From Pseudomonadales bacterium (GTDB lineage: Bacteria; Pseudomonadota; Gammaproteobacteria; Pseudomonadales; Azotimanducaceae): a stretch of 64,000 bases of DNA. The DNA lies in NCBI GenBank assembly GCA_049454295.1, contig JBMTYG010000001.1, positions 17,454-81,453 on the forward strand, written 5' to 3'. Made by a program: the position numbers and the translations under genes. Below, piece after piece: positions 39,561-48,185 of this stretch (its first letter is position 1; every line of letters starts with the position of its first letter). The notes beneath the pieces are model-generated. The model did no database searches. It was not told where the DNA came from and was given only the letters and a program-made list of their open reading frames with translations.

Positions 39561-40784
39561 TCAGTATTCGAAGCTGATACCTGCACGCGCGGTGAGCCGT
39601 CGGACCAGCGCGCTGCCCATGGCGGACGCGGGGGTGAGGACACCGCCCGGTGAATCGAGCGCATCCTGCGCCAGGCACACGGCGCTCTCACCCAGCATGC
39701 GCGCCGTGGAACCGTAGCCGGGATCGCGGTCACCGCGAATACGGAGGGTCAATCGTTCGGCGTTCGAGGCGCGCGTCGAGCCCGTCAGCTCAAGCAGGTA
39801 GTAACCCGACTCGCGCGTCGCCGCGGAGGGACCTTCACCAGGCTGCGGCAACCGCTTACCGATAAAGCGACGCAGCGGCGGCACCCGCATTGCAGCCATG
39901 CCCGCGGCACTCGCGACGCTCATGGCCAGGGCGGCAGGGAAACCCCATAGACCATGCGGCACCACAGTCGCTTCGTCATAGCGGAAATCGTGCCCGTAGG
40001 GATAACCGAGGAGGGCGTTCGTCCGCCGCACGACCTTGGTGTTGATAGCGCCCATCACGAACGGCGTGAGCCAAGCGCGGCGCTCCACATCGAAGGTGGG
40101 CAAACGCTGCTCCGGTGCATCGAGACCATGCCGCTCCCCGGCCGGATTGAGACCGTAGGGATCGGTGAGCACCGCGTCGATCGACGGATCACGATCAACC
40201 TCATCGAGCATGTTGAGCATGCTGGCGACGGTGCCACCGCTGAACCCGCCCCGGAACTCGAGACCACGAAAAGCGATCCGCTCCGCCGCGCGACCAAAGC
40301 GTTCGCGAAAAACACGCTGCAGGTCGAACACGCCAAGGTCAGAGGGAATGCTGTCGAAGCCACACGTATGCACGATGCGGGCGCCGGTCTGCCGCGCCGT
40401 GTCGTGGTACGCGTCGATCATGCGCCGCATCCACTGCACTTCACCCGTGAGATCACAGTAATGCGTCCCCGCCGCCGCGCAGGCAGCCAGCAATGCGGAA
40501 CCGTACAGCGCATAGGGTCCAACCGTTGTACAGATGACGCGCGTGCGCTCCACCAGCGTGGCAAGACTCGCGGCATCTTCGATATCGGCTGTGAGAATCG
40601 TGAGCCCCGCGGCATTGGCGCCGAGCTCTGCCCGCACCGCTTCCAGGCGCGCCGCACTCCGCCCGCCCAGCGCCCAGCGCAATTCGCCGTCGATCCCGTA
40701 CTGAGTCAGAAGATGATCAGCCACCAAGCGCCCGGTGAAACCGGAAGCGCCCCAAACGACGACATCAAATTCCCGAGCTTCCAC
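39561..40784 (-). CDS. Saccharopine dehydrogenase-like NAD(P)-binding family protein
   Basis: FDVVVWGASGFTGRLVADHL (Rossmann), CTTVGPYALYG, HYCDLTGE. Start placed at GTG 40784, which has GGAGG 4 nt upstream (track start 40871). Confidence 0.7.
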   Translation of the reverse strand: MEAREFDVVVWGASGFTGRLVADHLLTQYGIDGELRWALGGRSAARLEAVRAELGANAAGLTILTADIEDAASLATLVERTRVICTTVGPYALYGSALLAACAAAGTHYCDLTGEVQWMRRMIDAYHDTARQTGARIVHTCGFDSIPSDLGVFDLQRVFRERFGRAAERIAFRGLEFRGGFSGGTVASMLNMLDEVDRDPSIDAVLTDPYGLNPAGERHGLDAPEQRLPTFDVERRAWLTPFVMGAINTKVVRRTNALLGYPYGHDFRYDEATVVPHGLWGFPAALAMSVASAAGMAAMRVPPLRRFIGKRLPQPGEGPSAATRESGYYLLELTGSTRASNAERLTLRIRGDRDPGYGSTARMLGESAVCLAQDALDSPGGVLTPASAMGSALVRRLTARAGISFEY

Positions 40785-40960
40785 CCTGCCTCCGCGACGC
40801 CGACTGCCCTGACGGACGAATACGCTGTTTCCGATCGGGAACACTTTGGCATCGGCGCACCCGTCTTGCAAACAGTCGCCATGGCGTCGGGAAGCCCCGG
40901 CTGGCGCTGTCGCTCGTGCGCGCCGACAATGGGATTTTGATCCCGATTAACAGGTGCGCG

Positions 40961-41890
40961 ATGGAAGACAAGCGACATGCCGCTGCCGTAGGCAACCGTC
41001 CAGGCTGGTTTATCCGAGCGCTGGACACGCCTTTCGCCGATCGCACCGTGGTCGTCGATGGGACGCCGATCCATTACCTTTATTGGGGGAACGACGCATC
41101 GGAAAAGCCAGGCCTCGTCTTTGTCCATGGCAACGGTGCCCACGCTCATTGGTGGACCTTCATCGCTCCGTTTTTCCTTGAGCATTATCGTGTCGCGGCG
41201 ATCGATCTATCCGGCGCCGGCGACAGCGGACGCCGTGACCGCTATGCACCCGCGCAGTTCGCCGCCGAGGTGATCAGCGTCGCCGAAGACGCCGGCTTTG
41301 GCAGCGATACAGTGGTGGTCGGGCACAGCTTTGGCGGATTTGTCACGCTGCAGACCGGGCTCCTGCACTGCGATCGCCTGCGCGGCATCGTGCTAGTGGA
41401 TTCCGCCGTGCGCCCTCCCGATTACCAGTGGGAGCGCGATCCGCGGCGTTCGCCCATCAAACCGAAGCGCATCTACGAAACGTTCGAAGAAGCGCTGGCC
41501 CGCTTTCGGCTTATGCCGCCACAAGACTGCCGCAACCAATACGTCCTCGACTATATCGGCCGATGGTCACTCATGAAGGTAGACCTGGGATGGACCTGGA
41601 AATTTGATGATGGCCTCTTCCGCAAAATGGATTTTGGCCTGGAAAGCATGCATGAGGCGCTCGCGCAGCTCCGCTGTCGCGTCGGCGTGATCTACGGCGA
41701 GGATAGCTATCTGTTCACGCAGGATATCGCGGACTACATGTTCCGCGTGCTCGACGAATCGGTGCCGTTCGTCGGCATTCCGGACGCTCAGCACCATGTG
41801 TTTCTGGATCAACCTCTGGCTTTCGTGAGCGCGCTACGCACGCTGCTCGCTGAATGGCGGCACTCAAAGCCCAACCGCGTCTATCTGTGA
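40961..41890 (+). CDS. Alpha/beta hydrolase
   Basis: LVFVHGNGAHAHWW (oxyanion HG), VVGHSFGG (nucleophile elbow), IPDAQHHVFLDQP (catalytic His). Trimmed to ATG 40961. Confidence 0.8.
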   Translation: MEDKRHAAAVGNRPGWFIRALDTPFADRTVVVDGTPIHYLYWGNDASEKPGLVFVHGNGAHAHWWTFIAPFFLEHYRVAAIDLSGAGDSGRRDRYAPAQFAAEVISVAEDAGFGSDTVVVGHSFGGFVTLQTGLLHCDRLRGIVLVDSAVRPPDYQWERDPRRSPIKPKRIYETFEEALARFRLMPPQDCRNQYVLDYIGRWSLMKVDLGWTWKFDDGLFRKMDFGLESMHEALAQLRCRVGVIYGEDSYLFTQDIADYMFRVLDESVPFVGIPDAQHHVFLDQPLAFVSALRTLLAEWRHSKPNRVYL

Positions 41891-42453
41891 CGCGGGACCG
41901 AGACGCCGTCGGCATTCACGGGATCGACCAGGATATCGTCATCGCCCATCGCGCGCGTCCAGGCCGCGAACTCGAGCATGATGCCATCGGGATCATTAAA
42001 GTAGATCGACCGGACATAGGTGCTCGGCGTGATACGCGAGCTCGCCTGGTGCGGAGATTCGTCGTGGTTGACGACCGGCGTGCAGGGAATGCCCGCAGCC
42101 TCGAGTTTCTGCTGGTACTCATCGATCCGGTCCGCTGCAACATTGAAAGCCACGTGGTTCATGGACGCATGGGCGGTGGTGAGCGAGCCCTGGCCGATGA
42201 CGTGTGCTGGATGAGTCACCCCGGGCATGCTTTCCGGCGCATCGGCGAACCAGAAGAAGGCAAGCGCATCCCCGTTGCCCACGTCGAAGAAGAAATGTTG
42301 CCCTGATCCCCCCGGGAGGTTAATCGTCTTGATGAGAGGCATGCCGAGGAGACCGGAGTAGAAGTCGACGGTGCGCTTCATGTCCTTGCACACGAGCGCG
42401 AGGTGATTAATCCCCTGAATGTCGAACTTCTCGTTCTGCCGCACCGTATTCAC
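41881..42453 (-). CDS. VOC (glyoxalase/bleomycin-resistance/dioxygenase) family protein
   Basis: 190 aa. INHLALVCKDMKRTVDFYSGLLGMP, MNHVAFNV, SIYFNDPDGIMLEF, the paired beta-alpha-beta-beta-beta pattern. Confidence 0.75.
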   Translation of the reverse strand: MNTVRQNEKFDIQGINHLALVCKDMKRTVDFYSGLLGMPLIKTINLPGGSGQHFFFDVGNGDALAFFWFADAPESMPGVTHPAHVIGQGSLTTAHASMNHVAFNVAADRIDEYQQKLEAAGIPCTPVVNHDESPHQASSRITPSTYVRSIYFNDPDGIMLEFAAWTRAMGDDDILVDPVNADGVSVPRHR

Positions 42454-42631
42454 CGCATGACCCCTTGTTATCCTCGCCCAACGGACTATCGACCGAGGGT
42501 TTCCACGCTGTCAAGGTATCCGCTGCGGGGGATCTGCCACAGGGCTTGCGCTGTCCGACGTGCGCCGGGTGCGACCCGCCGCGCGCGCGCAGGACAGGCT
42601 ATAGTCGCCCTTCTCTAGAAGGAGCAGCGCT

Positions 42632-43015
42632 ATGTCGACGACCGCCGAAGCCAATCTCACCACCATCCGCGCCTTCATAGCCGCCTGGTCGCGGCTCGAC
42701 GCGAAGGAACTTGCGGACTATTTCACCGAGGACGGCTGCTATTACAACATGCCCACTCAGCCGATACGTGGCCGGGCGCAGGTCGAGCAGTTCATACGCG
42801 GATTTACCGCCAGCTGGACTGCGACCGAGTGGGATCTTCTCAATATTGCGGCGACGGGAGACATCGTCTTCACCGAAAGACTCGATCGGACACGCACGAA
42901 ACAAGGCAACGTGGACTTGCCGTGCGCCGGGGTCTTCGTCATGCAGGAGGGCAAGATCCGAGAATGGCGTGACTACTTCGACCTCGCGACATTCACCCGA
43001 GCAATGCAGGGATAG
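42632..43015 (+). CDS. NTF2-like protein, limonene-1,2-epoxide hydrolase (LEH)/SnoaL family
   Basis: 127 aa. NLTTIRAFIAAWSRLDAKELADYFTEDGCYYNMP..GKIREWRDYFD. AAGGAG RBS ahead of the ATG. Confidence 0.65.
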   Translation: MSTTAEANLTTIRAFIAAWSRLDAKELADYFTEDGCYYNMPTQPIRGRAQVEQFIRGFTASWTATEWDLLNIAATGDIVFTERLDRTRTKQGNVDLPCAGVFVMQEGKIREWRDYFDLATFTRAMQG

Positions 43016-43147
43016 CACCCTCAGCTATGCAGGGTGAGCCGGCGTCGATTGGTCGGCGCTCACCGATTTTCGATGCCCGCTGCCGCGAGAAAGGCGTGGG
43101 CGTAAGCAGCCAGAGTTGGGCTAACATCGCGTCGGGGGGACACGACA

Positions 43148-45634
43148 ATGCCATTCTCGAGCGCTACACGCCTGCTGATCACCTGGTTACTGCTCCTCAC
43201 ACTTAGCTCGCCGGTCGCGGCTGCGACAGAGACAGAGCTGCCGACGGAAACCCCCGCCGAGGGTGACGTCGTCATGACCATCGGTGAGGGGGAAACGATC
43301 CGGCTCGCACGGCTCACAACGTCCGACGGAACCATCACCGTCGACGGTCACCTGAGTGAATCGGTCTGGCAGCGCCTGCCCGCCTATGATGAATTCGTGA
43401 TCGTCGAGCCCGACTTGCGCCAGCGTCCCCCGTACCGCACCTACATCCGCCTGGCCTACAACGATCAGGGTCTTTACCTCGGGGCTGATCTGAGACAACC
43501 ACCGGAAACCCTGATTCGTCGTCTGTCAGGGCGCGACACGCGTGAGCTCAATCGAGACAGCATCAACTTCACGCTCGACACCTCAGGTGACGGGCGTTAC
43601 GGCTTCTGGTTCGGCATCAACCTCGGCGACTCACTCATGGACGGTACAGTACTGCCGGAACGCAAATTCTCTACCGACTGGGATGGTCCCTGGGTGGGAC
43701 GTAGCCAGGTCACGAAGACCGGCTGGACCGCAGAGTTCTTCATCCCGTGGAGTGCCGTGTCCATGCCCGCAAGCGGACCCGCAAGACGCATGGGCATGTA
43801 TCTGTCGCGCAAGTTCGCCAATGCAGACCAACGCTGGGGTTGGCCCGCGCTGCCCGAGACACAGCCCAAGTTCATGTCCGCGCTACAGGCGCTCGAGCTT
43901 AAATCGGTTGCGCCGCGACAGCAGTACAACATCTATCCCTACCTCTCCTCGACGGTCGACCGTATCGACAACCGCATGAGCCAGAAGATCGGCGCCGACG
44001 TGTTTTGGCGACCGTCTTCGAACTTCCAACTGACCGCAACGGTGAATCCGGATTTCGGCAACGTGGAATCCGACGAAGTCGTCGTGAATCTCACCGCGAC
44101 CGAGACCTTCTTTCCGGAAAAACGCCTGTTCTTCCTGGAGGGTCAGGAGATCTTCGTGGCATCCCCTCGCGCAGACACCCGCAGCAGCGGTATCGGCAAT
44201 GCCGGACTGCCATACACGATGGTCAACACACGCCGAATCGGCGGCAAACCGTTGCGTCCGGAAGACCTGCCCACCGGGGTCGGCATCGACCGCCGGCAAC
44301 TCAACGAGCCCGTGGCTTTGCTTGGTGCAGTGCAGGCGAGCGGCCAGGTTGGTGCCATACGCTATGGCGTGATGGGCGCATTTGAAGACGACGTGCGCTG
44401 GAACTATCGGTTGAATGGGCGGCCGGAGACGCTCATCGAATCAGGCAGCGACTATGGCATCGGGCGCGTGCTCTATGAGGATCAGGCGGGCGGTGCTTAC
44501 CGTGGGCTCGGACTGCTGAGCACCGCAGTGGTAAATCCGGCGCGCGATGCATTTGTTCAGGGCGTCGACGGGCACTATCTGTCGCGCGACGGCAAAGTAA
44601 AGCTCGACGGCCAGATGATGACCTCGGATGTCGATGTTAGCGGACGCGGCTACGGCGGCTTTCTCGATCTCGAATACACCTACCGCCGTGGGCTCGTGCA
44701 ACGTGTGGGAGTCGAGTATTTCGACGAGGATTTCGATATCAATGATCTGGGTTTTCTGCAGAGGAATAACGAGTATCGTCTGCGCAGCTCGGTTCAGTTG
44801 ATCCAGTCAGAATTGCGTTTTGCGCGAGACAATTTGCTCGACGTGCGTGGATTTGTGCAAAACAATGTCACAGACGATCTGTTCACCGGCGGCGGGCTGT
44901 TCATCACTGATCGACTCACGTTCAACAATCTGTCACGCGTATTGTTGCGAGCGAGCTATTTGCCACCGCAGTACGATGATCTCAACAGCTTCGGCAATGG
45001 CACCTACCGCGTCGAGGAATGGACCGAGTTCAACGTGCGCTGGGATTCGGACCCCACCCGGCCGTTCGCTTTTGGACTGGGCGGCGGCTTTCGTGAAGAA
45101 CTCGAAGAAGGTGAGACAACCCTTGCCGAAGGGGGTTTCAGCTGGCGCCCGATCGACCGCTTCACGGCACAGCTGGAACTCAAGTGGCAGGACCGCGGCG
45201 GCTGGCTACTGCATCAGCGCCGCGATTTGATGGCCACCTTCGATGCCGAGCAGTGGCAGGCGATATTTTCCATGGATTTCTTCCTGACCGCGCGCCAGCA
45301 GTTCCGGCTGTCCCTGCAATGGGTCGGCGTGAAAGCACATGAGCGAGAGTTCTTCCGTATTCCCGAACGCCCCGGCGATCTCATTGGCATCGACAAGCCC
45401 ACCGGCCCCGGCACGCGCTCGAGCTACGATTTCTCATTGTCGCAATACAGTTTTCAGGCGCGCTATCGCTGGGAGATTGCGCCGCTCTCCGATGTCTTTC
45501 TGGTTTATACCCGCCAGGGCGACCTGCCAGCCGCGCTATTGGATGAATCGTTTGGGGACATTTTTAGCAACGCCTGGGACGAGCCGCTTGCTGACTACCT
45601 GATACTGAAGCTGCGCTACCGCTTCGGTTCCTGA
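43148..45634 (+). CDS. Large secreted/outer-membrane protein, CBM9-like N-domain plus DUF5916-type beta-rich body
   Basis: 828 aa. Signal peptide LLITWLLLLTLSSPVAAA. N-terminal ITVDGHLSESVWQRLPAYDEF..AYNDQGLYLGADL resembles family-9 carbohydrate-binding-like domains. Long alternating-strand C-terminal region ending LKLRYRFGS. The family call is from memory. Confidence 0.55.
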   Translation: MPFSSATRLLITWLLLLTLSSPVAAATETELPTETPAEGDVVMTIGEGETIRLARLTTSDGTITVDGHLSESVWQRLPAYDEFVIVEPDLRQRPPYRTYIRLAYNDQGLYLGADLRQPPETLIRRLSGRDTRELNRDSINFTLDTSGDGRYGFWFGINLGDSLMDGTVLPERKFSTDWDGPWVGRSQVTKTGWTAEFFIPWSAVSMPASGPARRMGMYLSRKFANADQRWGWPALPETQPKFMSALQALELKSVAPRQQYNIYPYLSSTVDRIDNRMSQKIGADVFWRPSSNFQLTATVNPDFGNVESDEVVVNLTATETFFPEKRLFFLEGQEIFVASPRADTRSSGIGNAGLPYTMVNTRRIGGKPLRPEDLPTGVGIDRRQLNEPVALLGAVQASGQVGAIRYGVMGAFEDDVRWNYRLNGRPETLIESGSDYGIGRVLYEDQAGGAYRGLGLLSTAVVNPARDAFVQGVDGHYLSRDGKVKLDGQMMTSDVDVSGRGYGGFLDLEYTYRRGLVQRVGVEYFDEDFDINDLGFLQRNNEYRLRSSVQLIQSELRFARDNLLDVRGFVQNNVTDDLFTGGGLFITDRLTFNNLSRVLLRASYLPPQYDDLNSFGNGTYRVEEWTEFNVRWDSDPTRPFAFGLGGGFREELEEGETTLAEGGFSWRPIDRFTAQLELKWQDRGGWLLHQRRDLMATFDAEQWQAIFSMDFFLTARQQFRLSLQWVGVKAHEREFFRIPERPGDLIGIDKPTGPGTRSSYDFSLSQYSFQARYRWEIAPLSDVFLVYTRQGDLPAALLDESFGDIFSNAWDEPLADYLILKLRYRFGS

Positions 45635-45675
45635 TCGGCGACACTCTCGGATTAATTCGTTGAGAAGACACGGTC

Positions 45676-47307
45676 ATGTCTACCGGCGCCGACGATCCAG
45701 AGAGCACGCAGAGTCGCGATGACGCAACGGTCACGCGCGACGCTGCAGCAACCACCATCGCGCGATCGAGCGATGTGGACGAGACCATCGTGCGCGACGC
45801 GGCAGCGACCACCATCGCACGATCGAGCGATATGGACGCGACCGTTGTTCGCGACCCCACGCGACCGAACGACACGCAGCCCCTGACTGGGCCCACGTCC
45901 AGCACTCTGGCACGCACCGGGCAAACTGCCCAGACCGGCGCGACGAGTCCAACCACCGGCGCCACGCGCACCACGGAATTACTCCCAGAGATCGTGCAAT
46001 CGGGCCCGGATCGCGACCTGCGCATCGGGTCCGTCGTGAACGAGCGTTTCGTGATCGAAGGCGTGCTCGGCCGCGGTGGTATGGGCGTCGTCTACCGCGC
46101 CCGTGATTTGCGCAAGGAAGAAACGGGTGATCGCGATCCGCACGTTGCGCTCAAAGTGCTGTCAGACGAATTCCGCCGCGATCCACGCATGGTCATCGCG
46201 CTGCAGCGCGAGTCGCGCAAGGCGCAGACGCTCGCGCACCCGAACATCGCCACGGTGTTCGATTTCGACCGCGACGGCAACATCGTCTACCTCACCATGG
46301 AGGAGCTGGACGGGCGCCCGCTTAATTCCCTGATTCGGGAGAACCCTCGGGGGCTTGCCCAGGCAGAGGCACTCGAGATCATCCGTGGATTATCGAGCGG
46401 ACTCGCCTATGCCCACGACAAAAACATCGTGCACTCGGATTTCAAACCGGGGAACGCGTTCTTCACCCACGCCCGCGCGGTAAAGATCCTCGATTTCGGC
46501 ATTGCACGGGCAGCACCCATGGGGCGCACGGAAGCTTCCGAAGAAACTCGCTTCGACCCGAGCATGCTCGGTGCTCTGACGCCGTCCTACGCCGCCTGCG
46601 AGATGTTTGAGGGACAGGATCCCCACCCGGCGGACGATGTCTACGCGCTTGCTATTGTCGCCTATCAACTGCTGTCCGGACGCCACCCCTTCGGCAGCAA
46701 GCCAGCGCCGCAGGCCCGTGCAGAGAAACTGGTGCCGGCTCCGATCAAGGGTCTCAAGCGACGTCAATGGCGCGCCATTGCACACGGACTCGCGTTCGAG
46801 CGTGCGGATCGCAGCCAAAGCGCGACTGATTTCCTGCGCGAGTTGGAGGGCAGCAATCGGCTCAAGATCATCGCGAGCGCCACGGTTGTCATCTCGCTGC
46901 TGTTTGCAGGCTATGCCGGCTACACCGAGTTCCGGGAGCGGGCGCGCGCACTGCCGGACATTCCATTCGAGGCGTTAAGCGAAGAGAAGCGCGCAATGAT
47001 TCAGGAAGCGCTCCGCGACGGCGTGCAGCTCGAGCGATTTGGCGACGACGGTAACGCATTGATCCTGTACCGGGACGCCTACCGGCTGCATCCGCGCAAC
47101 CCCGAGGTTGTTGCCAAGCTTGAGGCGCTGATGACAGACCTCGTCGAAGAAGCGATCAAGCGCGGCAGAGCCGATGAGCTGCGTCGTGTAGGCGAGAATC
47201 TGAGAGAGCTCATGGCGATCGACGATTTCCTGGCGAAGCATCCCGCCCTGCTGGAGGCGGCGCAGGATCTGTCGAACGCCGAGCGCGCTCGGTCCGGGGG
47301 AACGTGA
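45676..47307 (+). CDS. Membrane Ser/Thr protein kinase (Hanks type) with N-terminal Thr-rich repeats and a C-terminal extracytoplasmic helical domain
   Basis: GVLGRGGMGVVYRARD (G-loop), VALKVL (Lys), IVHSDFKPGNAFF (catalytic loop, non-RD), KILDFGIARA (DFG), SYAACE. TM IIASATVVISLLFAGYAGY, then about 110 aa TPR-like. Confidence 0.9.
   Translation: MSTGADDPESTQSRDDATVTRDAAATTIARSSDVDETIVRDAAATTIARSSDMDATVVRDPTRPNDTQPLTGPTSSTLARTGQTAQTGATSPTTGATRTTELLPEIVQSGPDRDLRIGSVVNERFVIEGVLGRGGMGVVYRARDLRKEETGDRDPHVALKVLSDEFRRDPRMVIALQRESRKAQTLAHPNIATVFDFDRDGNIVYLTMEELDGRPLNSLIRENPRGLAQAEALEIIRGLSSGLAYAHDKNIVHSDFKPGNAFFTHARAVKILDFGIARAAPMGRTEASEETRFDPSMLGALTPSYAACEMFEGQDPHPADDVYALAIVAYQLLSGRHPFGSKPAPQARAEKLVPAPIKGLKRRQWRAIAHGLAFERADRSQSATDFLRELEGSNRLKIIASATVVISLLFAGYAGYTEFRERARALPDIPFEALSEEKRAMIQEALRDGVQLERFGDDGNALILYRDAYRLHPRNPEVVAKLEALMTDLVEEAIKRGRADELRRVGENLRELMAIDDFLAKHPALLEAAQDLSNAERARSGGT
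45718..45855 (+). repeat. About 2.3 copies of a 57-60 nt in-frame tandem repeat in the kinase N-terminus
   Basis: Protein reads DDATVTRD-AAATTIARSSDVDETIVRD-AAATTIARSSDMDATVVRD. The DNA copies (gacgc.gcagc.accaccatcgc.cgatcgagcgat.tggacg) differ at a few mostly synonymous positions. Confidence 0.85.
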
Positions 47308-48163
47308 TGGCATCAAGCCGAGCGAGCCAGTGCGCCCAGTCCCGCGCCCAGCAGCAGACATGGCCAAAACCCGCTACCGTTGCAAAAACCGCGTCGGGTG
47401 CCGCCGCGCGATAGCGCTCGATCAGCTCAGGCGGGACATTCTGGTCCTCGGCGCCCGAGAGATGCAGCGCAGGCGCAGGTGAGACCCGTTTCAGTTCAGC
47501 AGGATTGAGCGAGCCTTCAAGCGCGCTGAAACCGTGAGCGTTAGTCCACGCATCGGTATCCAGATTGGCTGCAACCGTCAAGACGGCGCTGACCTCAGGC
47601 ACGCGATCAGCCACGAGCACGGCAAGCACACCACCACCAGAATAGCCAATGAGCACCACCTCGCGCGCTTGGTGTCGCGCCGCCGTGCGCCGAACCGCGA
47701 GCGCAAGCGCATCGACCACCCGCGGTCCATAACGAGCGATAGTCCAGTCGCGAGCATCACAACCCGTCTGCAGACCGTGATAACAGGGGCGTCCGAGATA
47801 GATCGCCGGCTGAGGGTCCGACACCATCAGATCGAGCACGAGGGGCGCTCGGGGGGTCGGATCCCGCGCGATGCGCCGCGGCGTGACAAACGGGCGACCA
47901 TCACCATCCAGGTAAATGTGCAGCCGAGCGCCGGGTTCACCGGTATGTGTGGTCGTGAAGGTACGCAGAGCAAAAGCACCGGCCGTCACTTCCCCGAGTG
48001 CCAAACCCCGTTCCCGCGCGGAATCATCGAACACGCGATAGGGCGCACTCGCGCATCCCGAAAGCACCCAGCACAGGGTCAAAAGGCCTGCTGCACCCGC
48101 TTTGCAAATGCCCCCTGTGGGCGCTAAGGTCATGCGACAAAGGGGCCCAACGGAAAACCTCAT
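47210..48163 (-). CDS. Alpha/beta hydrolase, probable lipoprotein
   Basis: Lipobox LTLCWVLSGC. LHIYLDGDG, VVLIGYSGGGVLAV (G-x-S-x-G), GFGHVCCW. Start uncertain (ATG 48163 or 48133; track 48316 overlaps the divergent gene). Its 3' end overlaps the kinase 3' end by 98 nt. Confidence 0.65.
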   Translation of the reverse strand: MRFSVGPLCRMTLAPTGGICKAGAAGLLTLCWVLSGCASAPYRVFDDSARERGLALGEVTAGAFALRTFTTTHTGEPGARLHIYLDGDGRPFVTPRRIARDPTPRAPLVLDLMVSDPQPAIYLGRPCYHGLQTGCDARDWTIARYGPRVVDALALAVRRTAARHQAREVVLIGYSGGGVLAVLVADRVPEVSAVLTVAANLDTDAWTNAHGFSALEGSLNPAELKRVSPAPALHLSGAEDQNVPPELIERYRAAAPDAVFATVAGFGHVCCWARDWAHWLARLDAITFPRTERARRSTDPAPPPAGRDASPGNRRSP

Positions 48164-48185
48164 GTTCAGGTCTCTCGACTCGATA

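Noticed and set aside
39954-40940. 328-aa + ORF
   Set aside because: It is antisense to the saccharopine-dehydrogenase-like gene (Rossmann motif on the minus strand).
43032-43075. Possible intrinsic terminator after the LEH-like gene (ggtgagc..gctcacc followed by gattttcg)
   Set aside because: The stem is only 7 bp with an 18-nt loop, too weak to call.
45718-45855. Direct repeats as a possible CRISPR array or minisatellite
   Set aside because: There are only about 2.3 contiguous copies, with no spacers. The repeats are in frame inside a kinase ORF and translate to a repeated peptide, so this is a coding tandem repeat.
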